Shown: one piece after another, positions 55,932 through 64,000 of the stretch
Layout: each line of letters starts with the position of its first letter
Position numbering within the stretch: the first letter of the stretch is position 1
Assembly: GCF_006345805.1 (NCBI RefSeq)
Contig: NC_043001.1
Location: forward strand, 28,520,001-28,584,000
Origin: Octopus sinensis
Lineage: Eukaryota
Length of the DNA: 64,000 bases
Direction: 5' to 3'
Program-made: the position numbers and the translations under genes
Notes under the pieces: generated by a model
Told to the model about the DNA's origin: nothing
Seen by the model: only the letters and a program-made list of their open reading frames with translations
The model's database searches: none

Positions 55932-58900
55932 GCATGTGCAGGCACTCTCATTAAACTTCAAAAGATAAAAGAGAACATTAGCTACGTTAATCTCATTTAA
56001 CTGTTAAATCCCTTTTGAGAAAGCTTTAAAGACTATGGCTACTTCCTTCACGTCAAAAATTAAACTGAACTATGATGTGTGTGTCTATGTATATGAAATT
56101 GTATGCCCATGTATGTCAAATGTGTGTGTATGCGTACGTGACAGAAAGAGAAAGGATTATAAGTGTGTATACATATATGGCTGTTGGTGTGTCTCAATAT
56201 GAAAGTTAGAGAGGAAAGTGAAACAGAATTTCAGTTAACATATAAATTTATTTATTACCTTGGGACTGACATAATATCGCAAATCATTGCCATTGAATAT
56301 CACCCACCGTTTTCGCCAACCTTTGTTACCCTGAACTCTGAAGTAAAAGAAGAAGAACAACAAGCTTTTATGTCAACACTTTAGTAAACTCAAAAATGTT
56401 TCTTTAGCATATGTTTTAAATTGCAATGTTAAGGTTATGATAAAAAAATATATGTCAAGGTGTAACGTAAATTGATTTGATTCCAACTTGTTCAAAGCAA
56501 CTTCTGGGCTTGTGAAATAGTACATATTCTGAATTCTTTATATTCAAATTTTGAAGTTTCCATTATAGTTTCCTATAAAACCCTTTTGTTAAATAACGTT
56601 CTAAACCCCAGCTTAATGAGAAAATTTGCTATTTTAATAAATCCCCCCAAAATCTTAAATTATTTCCAAAATTAACTGAAATATACTGGCAGGGTTCTTC
56701 ATAAGAAATATGGTCATAAAAAGGTAAAAACATATTCTCAATTTTAAAATCTAACAGATTTCTCTGACACATGAGACATAATGATGAAATTTTGAACCAA
56801 TAACTAAGGTGTTCTGAGCGAATGTTCGCTGCAAGTGTCTCATTGTGACTCTAGACTGAAACAATTCTTACTGCTTCCATTCACTTATTAAGCAGAAACA
56901 AGCACTGAACTTTACGAGAGAGTTTCCTGTATTAAACAAGCATATTATCCAGATGAGAATCTTGATATCCAGAGATAAGGACCTGATTAACACACTCCCA
57001 AAGGCTCATAGAAGATAATATTCTTTGTAGATAAGAAGTCTACTTTCCAACCACATGGTTTTGGATTCAGTCGCCTCGCATGGCACCTTCAGCAAGTATC
57101 TTCAACTATTGTTCCAGTGCAACTAAAGTTTTATGTAAGTGAATTTCGTAGACAGAAATTGAAACAAGCTCGCCATGTATGTGTATGTGTGTGGTTAAGA
57201 AGTTCACTTAGGGACTCATAGTTTAGTTCATTTCTACTACATGGCAGCAATATTGGCTGATATCTTCTATTTTGGCCTTTGGATAACCAATGCCTTGTGA
57301 ATGAGATTGCAGGCAGAAACTGTAAGAAGCTCACTGCATGCATATGAGCATACGTGTGTCTTCCTTCTCTTGATTTTTAAGCTCTGATAAAAGACTCAGT
57401 CACGACCTGTTTAAGTAGTGTCATTATTTACAAAGTGTGTGAGAGTGAGTGAGTGAGAGTGTGAGTGAGTGACTGAGTGTGTAAGTGAGAGTGTGTGTGT
57501 GTTCATGTGTGCATGCATGCACGTGTGAATGTTTATATTCAACCCTTGCTAGCACAGAAAAATAATTTGAAACAAATGAACAAACACAGCTTTGAAAAAG
57601 AATGTTATATGTCAGTGAATGAAAAGAGTAATGTAAAGATACTCACCCTCCTTGTTTGTAGAGGTAACCACTTCTTTCTGATGAACGTGGCTAAGAGAGA
57701 AGCAAATAATTACAGTCAATTAAAGTTTTTTCAATTATATCAACAAACTACAGTATTTGATGACATAAAAGATGCACAGGCATTTTACATGCAACCCAAT
57801 TTCAACAGTACATATTCAGGAAAAAATATTTTCAGTACATTCTAGCTTGAGACGCCTAACCTCGTATATAGGACCCATAGTGATTTTTTTTGATTTTTTT
57901 TTTAAGACTTATTTTTGGGAAATAAAGTGCATTTCCTATGTCATCAAATATGGTTAATCTACAATACTCCGTAAGGAACACAGGGTCAGCCGGGAAGCTG
58001 CACCAGGAACAGATTGGAGCCTGGGGCAGCCTCCCAGCTTACCAGTTCTCAGCCAAACCATCCAACCCATACCAGCATGGAAAGCGAATGTTAAACAATG
58101 ATGATGATTATAATGATATGTTCCACCAAGAACGGGACACCAGTCCACAGCAGGATTACTCATTTTTACCAGCCGAGTGGACAGGAACAACATGAAATGA
58201 AGAGTTTTGCTGAAGAATATAATGCATCACCTGGTCCAGGAAGTCATCATCATCATCATCATCATTTAACATCCGCTTTCCATGCTAGCATGGGTTGGAT
58301 GATTTGACTGAGGACTGGTGAACCAGATGGCTGTACCAGGCTCCAATCTAATCTTGCAGAATTTCTACAGCTGGATGCCCTTCCTAACACCAACCACTCA
58401 GAGTGTAGTAGGTGCTTTTACGTACCACCAGCACGAGGGCTAGTCAGGTGGTACTGGCAACGGCCACTCTCAAATGGAGTTTTTTACGTGACACCTACAC
58501 AGGAGCCAGTCCAGCAGCACAGGCAATGACCTCGCTTGAATTTTTATTCACATGCCAACGGCATTTTTACATGCCACCAGCACAGAAGCCAGTCAGCTGC
58601 TCTGGCAACAATCAAGTTCAGATGGTGCTCTTAGTGCTCCACTGGCACGAATTTGATTCAATCATTGAATTTGATTCAATTTTGATTTCACTTGCCTCAA
58701 AAGGTCTTCGCAAGCAGAGTCTAGCGTCCAATGAAAGAAAGATATGCATAAGTGGGCTGGTTACACCCCTGGCATAGGCCACGGGTTATGGTCTCACTTG
58801 GCTTGCCGAGTCTTCTCACGCACTGCATATTTCCAAAGGTCTTGGTCACTAGTCATTGCCTCGGTGAGGCCTAATTTTCAAAGGTCGTGCTTCACCACCT

Positions 58901-61133
58901 CATCCCAGGTCTTCCTGGGTCTATTTCTTCCACAGGTTCCATCAATCGCTAGGGTGTGACACTTTTTCCCATAGCTATCCTCATCCATTCTCACCATGAA
59001 AACACAATTTTATGATTGTGAGTACTGGGAGGGATATGAGTAGAGAGAAGACAGGAGAGAGAGAGATTAATTCAGACCAGTACAGTAAGACTATGTACAG
59101 AAAAGTAGGGCTATGCGGGCTGGTTGCAAAGTGGGCTGTGTAAGCTAAATGGAAGTAACATATGCAAAGTACAACTAAATAGAAACATATAAAGAAGCAC
59201 TAAGGAAATATGAGCAGGAGATTGTGATCACAGAAACACATGAAAGAAGTGTAGTATTAATTTAAGGCAATATGTGGAGCCTGATGCAGCCATCTGGCTC
59301 ACCAGTCCTCAGTCAAATCGTCCAACCCATGCTAGCATGGAAAGCAGATGTTAAATGATGATGTATGATGTTAAATGATGTATGATGTTGATGATGTTGT
59401 TGTTGATGACGACGACGACGAGGAGGGGGAGCCTGAAGGTGCAGGCATGGCTGCCTGGTAAGAAGCTTGCTTCCCAACCAGATTCAGTCCTGCAACGTGG
59501 CACCTTGGGTGAGCGTCTTCTACTATAACCTTGGGCTGACTAAAGCTTTATGAGTTGATTTGGTAGACAGAAACTGAAAGATACCTGTCGTATACATGTA
59601 TATATTTATGTGTGTGTCTTTGTGTTTGTGCTTGTTCTCACCACTGCTTGATAACTGGTGTTGGTTTGTTTACTAGTAATTTAGTGGTTTGGCAAAAGAG
59701 ATTGATAGAATAAGTACCAGGCTTAAACAAAAAGTCTTGGGGTCGATTTGTTCAGCTAAAACCTTTCATGGTAGTACCCCAGCATGGCCGCAGTCAAATG
59801 AGTGCAACAAGTCGACAATAAAAGATGAAGTCTATGAGGACTTGGAACAGAGTGAGCTGCCAAAATGGGGATACAGAAAAGAGCAAACCCTTCACCTCAT
59901 CATGATGGAGATACAGAAAAATTCAACCCCTGACCTTGTTGTGGTGAGAAAGCTAAATAAGTGAGTGTCAGGGCTATGCCGTCAGGGACTTTGAGTTTAA
60001 CTGCAACCTGGCTAAATGGCCATTGGTGGCCAGTTAGCAGGGTTGTAACTCTAACACCAATGGTGCCAGACCTGGCCAATCATGGCAGACAGGTCTGATA
60101 CTAGTGGTGCTAGGGTTGCAACCCAGCTAAATGAAGGGCAATGTTTAATTCCAAGAAGTGTCTGGTCCGGAATTGGGTGGCTTCCTTGTAGCATTGGATC
60201 ACATCTGCAGGCATCCTGCAGGAAGAAGGACTAACACTAGTTCAACCTGTCACTGGTCATGTATGGTGGCTTACGAATACGGACAAGAATTGCTTTCACG
60301 GACTCTGATCATCCCTTAAAACTCTTATGAACTCACAATGCAGTGAACTCAATAGGAGCCAGCTCGACCCCTTCCAGGTGAATGCCCCGTTACAAGACAA
60401 GAAACCTAAGAAATAGGAACACAGAACTGTGAACCTTTCAGAAAAAGAGACAGAAGTGACATAGAGACAGAAAGAGAGGTGGGGAAAGAGGAAAAAAAAG
60501 AGAGAGAAAAATATTGATATACAGAAAAAGTGGGGAGAGACAGGTAGATAGATAAGAGAGAGAGAGAGAGACAATGAAATGAGGGGGTAAGAAGGAGAGG
60601 ATCAAGTGTCAGAAAGAGAGGAGTGAGAGAAATCAGAAAAATGGTGTAACTTAAGAAAGAGAAAGGAGATGGAAAGAGAAAGGGAATTATAAGAGAGAGA
60701 GATGGAGATAGGTAAGGAATTAAGATAGAGAGAAAGATAAGGTGTGTGTATGTGTGTGTGTGTGTGTGTTTTTATTACATGTATACACTTCTATATTTGC
60801 ATGTGCGAACATGGAATGTGAGATATGAGAGGTACAAAGATGATAATGGGTGCGATGTATGTGTGTGTAAATGAGAGTGTATTTATGTATATGTGTGTGA
60901 ATGTGAACGTGTGTGAGTGAAAATTAGAGAGGCATGTGAAGATATAACAACACCAATATCAGTTTGACTGAAGAAAGAAATAATGTATTTAGTGCATGAT
61001 ATTGTAAAAATTTTGGTACTTACCGAACTGACACCAGATGTGATTTTAGCTCCCCCTGGAGCGATACGTTCTGTTGACGATGTCAAACTAACGTTAACAA
61101 TTGATTCTTCATCACTAGTGGAGTCATCATCTT
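15873..61133 (-). CDS. ARAP: Partial multi-exon gene (20 exons): ARAP/centaurin-delta-like ArfGAP with PH domains and ankyrin repeats; N- and C-termini outside the assembled region
   Basis: Manual splice assembly, all introns GT-AG and phase-compatible. Translation: ..[81 protein letters not shown] (PH1) ..[46 protein letters not shown] (PH2) ..[67 protein letters not shown] (ArfGAP) ..[38 protein letters not shown] (ANK) ..YEGYLLKTG (PH3). The order PH-PH-ArfGAP-ANK-PH is characteristic of ARAP1/2/3; the paralogue number cannot be assigned. Confidence 0.93.
17734..17768 (-). CDS. ARAP: ARAP-like exon s (35 nt): linker [12 protein letters not shown]
   Basis: T-tract plus tttcag, donor GAG/gtaaac; phase 1 to 0 restores the frame between exons r and t. 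Confidence 0.82.
17886..18110. mobile_element. Mariner-type MITE (225 bp)
   Basis: TIR ttgggttgtccggaaagttcgtgccg / cggcacaaagtttccggacaacccaa, TA on both sides. Confidence 0.88.
19289..19393. repeat. Perfect 43-bp inverted repeat with a 19-nt loop
   Basis: 19289-19331 is the exact reverse complement of 19351-19393. Confidence 0.95.
19506..19533 (-). CDS. ARAP: ARAP-like exon r (28-nt micro-exon): EFLLQNQCE
   Basis: T-tract plus ttgcag acceptor, donor AGA/gtaagt; completes LQ.EFL..N. Confidence 0.9.
20190..20480 (-). mobile_element. CR1-clade LINE 3' end (second copy at about 48930-49345)
   Basis: [34 protein letters not shown], the classic CR1 C-terminus, followed by a (TTA)n tail. Confidence 0.85.
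21034..21258 (+). repeat. (AAT)n microsatellite
   Basis: Direct reading; many further (TA)n, (CA)n, (GA)n and (AAT)n tracts, e.g. 25443-25648, 26704-26766, 55865-55927. Confidence 0.95.
21785..21825 (-). CDS. ARAP: ARAP-like exon q (41 nt): ankyrin region, [14 protein letters not shown]
   Basis: Acceptor ttccag, donor ATA/gtaagt; matches the ARAP 'LA...GQ.LQ.EFL' motif. Confidence 0.9.
22824..22860 (-). CDS. ARAP: ARAP-like exon p (37 nt): [12 protein letters not shown]
   Basis: Long polypyrimidine tract plus tttcag, donor CAG/gtaata; continues GAD-IN. Confidence 0.9.
23852..23920 (-). CDS. ARAP: ARAP-like exon o (69 nt): ankyrin region, [23 protein letters not shown]
   Basis: Acceptor ttatag, donor GAT/gtaagt; ankyrin L..AA...GAD pattern. 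Confidence 0.93.
24580..24725 (+). repeat. 25-bp minisatellite, ~6 units (caggtgacacataacagcacccatg), inside an RTE-UTR-type repeat
   Basis: Direct reading; adjacent units without spacers. Confidence 0.85.
24896..25078 (-). CDS. ARAP: ARAP-like exon n (183 nt): ArfGAP C-terminal half, [16 protein letters not shown]...[23 protein letters not shown]
   Basis: Inside track ORF 24848..25084; acceptor ttgcag, donor GAG/gtaagt; GN..AN.FW and R..FI..KY motifs. Confidence 0.96.
25752..25825 (-). CDS. ARAP: ARAP-like exon m (74 nt): ArfGAP catalytic Arg, [25 protein letters not shown]
   Basis: Acceptor ctttag, donor GAA/gtaagt; arginine finger at C-x4-R, then V.S..LD..VWT. Confidence 0.95.
26992..27045 (-). 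CDS. ARAP: ARAP-like exon l (54 nt): ArfGAP zinc finger, [18 protein letters not shown]
   Basis: Acceptor cttcag, donor CAG/gtgaga; completes CX2CX16CX2C. Confidence 0.96.
27966..28010 (-). ncRNA. Type-I hammerhead-ribozyme-like motif with a variant core
   Basis: Minus strand: ggacca CUGAUGC g GUCACA-ggag-UGUGAC GAAA gaac UC uggcc; the canonical core is CUGAnGA..GAAA..UH. Confidence 0.4.
28638..28698 (-). CDS. ARAP: ARAP-like exon k (61 nt): start of Arf[23 protein letters not shown]
   Basis: Acceptor tttcag, donor AAG/gtaagc; NxxCADC motif. Confidence 0.96.
28835..29370 (+). mobile_element. Tc1/mariner-superfamily DD41D-type internal-deletion derivative (536 bp)
   Basis: TIR cagggtgtccccaaaaaatg / cattttttggggacaccctg within TA. 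Encodes [49 protein letters not shown], with 41 residues between the second and third Asp. Confidence 0.9.
32875..32959 (-). CDS. ARAP: ARAP-like exon j (85 nt): PH2 helix, [29 protein letters not shown]
   Basis: Acceptor ttccag, donor CAG/gtaaaa; W...AI..AL helix. Confidence 0.92.
33013..33457. mobile_element. TTAA-flanked piggyBac-type MITE (family X) carrying a nested family Y MITE at 33069-33289
   Basis: Both have TTAA|CCCTTT...AAAGGG|TTAA ends; an uninterrupted family X copy is at 54481-54700. Confidence 0.85.
34495..34601 (-). CDS. ARAP: ARAP-like exon i (107 nt): PH2, [35 protein letters not shown]
   Basis: Acceptor gtgcag, donor AA/gtaagt; matches the ARAP PH2 'IDM...VKE' pattern. 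Confidence 0.92.
34789..34872 (-). CDS. ARAP: ARAP-like exon h (84 nt): PH2, [28 protein letters not shown]
   Basis: Acceptor tgacag, donor AAG/gtagct; PH beta1-3. Confidence 0.92.
36748..37170 (+). repeat. ~420-bp compound (GAT/GAA)n trinucleotide expansion
   Basis: Direct reading; it extends the (GAT)n tail of an RTE-UTR-type repeat at 36585-36747. Confidence 0.95.
37386..37439 (-). CDS. ARAP: ARAP-like exon g (54 nt): PH1-PH2 linker, [18 protein letters not shown]
   Basis: Acceptor cgacag, donor AAA/gtaagt; phase 0-0; PDKK/G begins PH2. Confidence 0.88.
38244..38680 (+). mobile_element. tRNA-derived SINE family A (~400-440 bp, internal TA/TG microsatellite); other copies e.g. 12348-12737(-), 40358-40745(+), 44444-44840(+), 63370-63750(+)
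   Basis: A/B-box-like head (tggctgtgtggtaag..ggttcagtccc); more than 15 full or partial near-identical copies in the window. Confidence 0.9.
39260..39563 (-). mobile_element. tRNA-derived SINE family B (~300 bp) with TSD; other copies 18285-18580, 32164-32461, 42360-42669, 49987-50290, 61277-61607 (all +)
   Basis: Head ggcacatggcctagtggttagagcagcggactc..ggttcgaatc; TSD tataaagaaaggt at 39247-39259 / 39564-39576; the 49987 copy has TSD taaatcactctat. Confidence 0.9.
40061..40113 (-). CDS. ARAP: ARAP-like exon f (53 nt): PH1 C-terminal helix, [18 protein letters not shown]
   Basis: Acceptor tttcag, donor AAG/gtaaag; conserved PH-helix Trp. Confidence 0.92.
41239..43309 (+). mobile_element. 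Merlin (IS1595/ISXO2-like) DNA transposon remnant
   Basis: ORFs 41461-41760 and 41791-42213 share a frame, separated by one TAA. Motifs [51 protein letters not shown] 22-bp inverted repeat (1 mismatch) lies at 41242-41263 / 43285-43306, with ~70-bp subterminal tandem repeats at 42210-42790. Confidence 0.88.
42947..43166. mobile_element. TTAA piggyBac-type MITE family Y (220 bp); partial copies near 16030, 22680 and 37925
   Basis: ttaa-ccctttagtgttt...aacactaaaggg-ttaa. Confidence 0.85.
49489..49555 (-). CDS. ARAP: ARAP-like exon e (67 nt): PH1, [22 protein letters not shown]
   Basis: Long polypyrimidine tract plus ttgcag, donor TTG/gtaata; PH beta6-7 pattern KF...R.F.F.A. Confidence 0.92.
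52883..52945 (-). CDS. ARAP: ARAP-like exon d (63 nt): PH1, [21 protein letters not shown]
   Basis: Acceptor ttttaag, donor AAG/gtaaat; resembles the ARAP PH1 'SKRFIxVxCI' segment. Confidence 0.9.
53209..53268. repeat. Perfect 28-bp palindrome with a 4-nt loop
   Basis: attgacttataaaatcgtttaatatact-ttgc-agtatattaaacgattttataagtcaat. Confidence 0.95.
53312..53546 (-). mobile_element. tRNA-derived SINE family D with a 15-bp TSD; many decayed copies (e.g. ~2420-2620, 3850-4040, 21435-21665)
   Basis: TSD ccagtcatcaatact at 53297-53311 / 53547-53561; head aggcggtgagctggcagaa..gagttcaaattcc and core gcctttcatcctttcggggtcgataaa. Confidence 0.88.
54481..54700. mobile_element. TTAA piggyBac-type MITE family X (220 bp); decayed copy near 3340-3567
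   Basis: ttaa-cccttttgttac...gtaacgaatggg-ttaa. Confidence 0.85.
56259..56337 (-). CDS. ARAP: ARAP-like exon c (79 nt): PH1, [26 protein letters not shown]
   Basis: Acceptor cttcag, donor AAG/gtaata; PH motif KRW..LRYY. Confidence 0.95.
57647..57690 (-). CDS. ARAP: ARAP-like exon b (44 nt): start of PH1, [15 protein letters not shown]
   Basis: Acceptor ctcttag, donor GG/gtgagt; PH beta1 motif SGYLYK. Confidence 0.92.
58245..58998 (-). mobile_element. RTE LINE 3' end: end of ORF plus 3' UTR with (GAT)n tail
   Basis: Minus strand reads [37 protein letters not shown], then the widespread 'ggaagggcatccagctgtagaaac..ccatgctagcatggaaagcggacgttaaa(gat)n' module. Confidence 0.8.
61024..61133 (-). 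CDS. ARAP: ARAP-like exon a (110 nt): acidic/Ser-rich linker [37 protein letters not shown]
   Basis: Acceptor atttcag after a T-rich tract, donor TCG/gtaagt; ends in phase 0, in frame with the next exon. Confidence 0.8.
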
Positions 61134-62325
61134 CTGAAATATTCAAAAGAAAGAAAAAATTTTAATTACTAAAAATACGAGAAAAATTTATAAAATATGT
61201 TTAATTTTTGTTTTTGTCCCCTACCTCCATTTTACAACCAGTGTTAGTGCGTTTATGTCCCAGTAATTTAGCAGTGTGGAGGCGCAATGACCCAGTGGTT
61301 AGGGTAGCGGACTCGCAGTCGGAAGATCGCGGTTTCGATTCCCAGACCGGGCATTGTGTGCGTTTATTGAGCGAAAACACCTAAAGTTCCACAAGGCTCC
61401 AGCAGGGGGTCGTGGCGACCCCTGTTGTACTCTTTCGCCCCAACTTTCTCTCACTCTTTCTTCCTGTTTCTTGAGTAATGCTGCGATGGACTGATGTCCT
61501 GTCCAGCTGGGGAGGGGGAACACATACGCCACAGAAACCTGGAAACCGGGCCCATGAACCTGGCTAGGCTTGAAAAGGGCGCATAAAAGAAGATAAATAA
61601 ATAAAAAAATTTAGCAGTGTGGCAAAAGATACCAACAGGATAATAAGTACTAAGGTCAATTTATTCAGCTAAATTCTTCAAGGTGATACCTCAGCATGGC
61701 CACTATCTAATGACAGAAACAACTAAAAGAGAACAGACAAATTAAAAACCGCTCAACTGAGAAGAGGGTGGATATGATGACGAAGTTGTGATTTCTTTTT
61801 CAACACCCTTCAAACTTTGGGCCTCAAAGAGGAAGTGGCAAATGACCGAGACCCTTGGCAGTATACTGTACTTGCAAATACCTGTCAAGCCAAGTGAGAT
61901 TGTAGTCATGACCGACACTGGTGTTTTGTAGCTGGCACCCTTGCCAGTGGCACATAAAAAGCACCCACTACACTTTTTGAGTGGTTGGTGTTAGGAAAGG
62001 CATCCAGCTACAGAAACCATGCCAAAAAGAGACAATGGAGCCTGGTGCAGTCTTCTGCCTTACCAGCTCCTGTCAAACCATCTGACCCATACGAGCATAA
62101 AAAGTAAACATTAAATGATGACGATGAGAATATATATATATATGTATATATAATTTATATTCATGTTTTTAATAACTACTTGTATTCTTATCATATATGC
62201 ATTGAATAATATACTATATGCATGTATGTTATTATGGTTGTTGTTTTGATAAATAAATAAGTCAACATTTTAATATCCTAAAGCTGATGAACCAACTAAT
62301 GTGCTTCTCCATTTTCTTATTTGTA

Positions 62326-62357
<32 letters not shown>

Positions 62358-62704
62358 TATATTAAATATATTGTGCTTGAGAGGACATGTCAAGCCAAGT
62401 GAGACCGTAGTCCTGTTAAATAATGGGCACATAAAAAGTATCCAGTACACTCTTGGGGTGGTTGATATTAGGTAGGACATCCAGCTGTAGAAATCATGCC
62501 AAACCCGATTGGAACCTGGTGCAGCTCCCCAGCTTACCACTTTTCAGTCAAACCATCCAATCCATGCCAGCATGTAAAATGGACGTTAACTGTTTGTGAT
62601 GATGATGGCAAGATCACAAGCAGTGTCTAAGGTAAGTGGACAGCTAATTAAAAGGTTCGTGTGTGTAAATATATATATATATATTCACACACACATATAC
62701 ACAA

Positions 62705-62741
<37 letters not shown>

Positions 62742-62829
62742 AACATATATACATACATATATATACACACAAACATATATACATATATATACACAAACAT
62801 ATATATATGTATCTTTTTTCAAGTGACTT

Positions 62830-63365
62830 CCAGCGAGCCTTATAGAAATTTAAGCTGGATAAAGTTTGAGCACCATCTGTGCAGAGTTTATCTTAAGTTA
62901 ATTGCGGGTCATACATTGTCAGTTCTGTCATGTTATGGTCTGAGAATAATGTCAGTGATATATTTATGTTGTAGATAATTTCCACATTGTTTGTAAAACA
63001 GAGGTTCAGGATATTTTTGTGCCTGGTTGGAGAGAGTATAATCTCCTCCATGAATAGCACGAGATTCTGCCTGATTTCGCTCTTTGTGCATCATTCCTGG
63101 GGTTATGTTGCCCTCAGGCCGCCTGATATTGGGGAAGTTGAAGTCACCCATCAAGAATATAGTAGTACGTTGATCCAATTGTGTTAGTACTTCCTTTATT
63201 GCACTGAGGCTTTCCTCAAATTTTCCATCATGACTTAAGGCATCAGGTGGGTAACATAGTGTGCATATCACTAAATCAAGTTCCTTTAGATGTACGATGA
63301 TTGTGTCACAGACCGAGTTTGAGTTCGATAACAGGTTTAATGGTGTGAAATCTTTGCAGATGTAC
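62830..63365 (-). mobile_element. LINE (CR1/L2-like) AP-endonuclease fragment
   Basis: LVICTLCYPPD..IFLMGDFNFPNI in ORF 62933..63382; frameshifted and cut by a SINE at about 63370. Confidence 0.8.
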
Positions 63366-63764
63366 ACATGCTTACCAACCACATGGTTCCGGGTTCAGTC
63401 CCACTGCGTGGCACCTTGGGCAAGTGTCTTCTACTATAGCCTCGGGCCGACCAAAGCCTTATGAGTGGATTTGGTAGACGGAAACTGAAAGAAGCCCGTC
63501 AGATATATGTGTATATATATATATGTGTGTGTGTGTGTATGTTTGTGTGTCTGTGTTTGTCCCCCTAGCATTGTTTGACAACCGATGCTGGTGTGTTTAT
63601 GTCCCCGTTACTTAGTGGTTCGGCAAAAGAGACCGATAGAATAAGTACTGGGCTTACAAAAGAATAAGTCCTGGTGTCGAGTTGCTCGATTAAAGGCGGG
63701 GCTCCAGCATGGCCGCAGTCAAAATGACTGAAACAAGGAAAAAGAAAAAAGAAAGAAAGAAGAA

Positions 63765-63795
<31 letters not shown>

Positions 63796-64000
63796 TACTG
63801 TCCTCTTTTATTGAATACAATCAGCTACCTAGTACCTTCTTTTGGCATTCTTATTCTAAATTTGATTCTTCAAGTCAACTATATTGTACTTGGTCATAGT
63901 TATAACTCACACACAATGGAAACTCAGCACAAAGTATTTATGACACAGAAAAAAATATATAAATATCTAACAAAAGAAATATCAAAGGTGTTACTAAATT

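Overview
AT-rich eukaryotic genomic DNA, dense in microsatellites and SINEs; the repeat repertoire looks like an octopus (coleoid cephalopod), which is an inference. The window is the interior of one minus-strand gene that the ORF track almost entirely misses. I assembled 20 small GT-AG exons by hand (61133 down to 15873; 28-183 nt; 1401 nt in total; all phases compatible, no stops). They encode an acidic linker, PH1, PH2, an ArfGAP zinc finger (CADC-x16-CLKC-x4-R), ankyrin repeats and the start of PH3, i.e. an ARAP (centaurin-delta)-type protein. A candidate 33-nt exon lies at 6663-6695. The gene start and the expected RhoGAP/RA part are not in the window. The introns hold a full-length decayed mariner (DD34D) nested in an RTE LINE, a DD41D-type deletion derivative, a Merlin/IS1595-like element, TTAA piggyBac-type MITEs (one nested in another), two inverted non-autonomous Helitron-like copies, CR1 and RTE LINE fragments, several tRNA-derived SINE families and long hairpins. 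The most intriguing but unproven signals are several hammerhead-ribozyme-like folds with non-canonical cores in Penelope-like repeats, a candidate truncating exon between the inverted Helitrons, a candidate poison exon, and a shortened ArfGAP loop. I see no firm evidence of a wholly new biological system.
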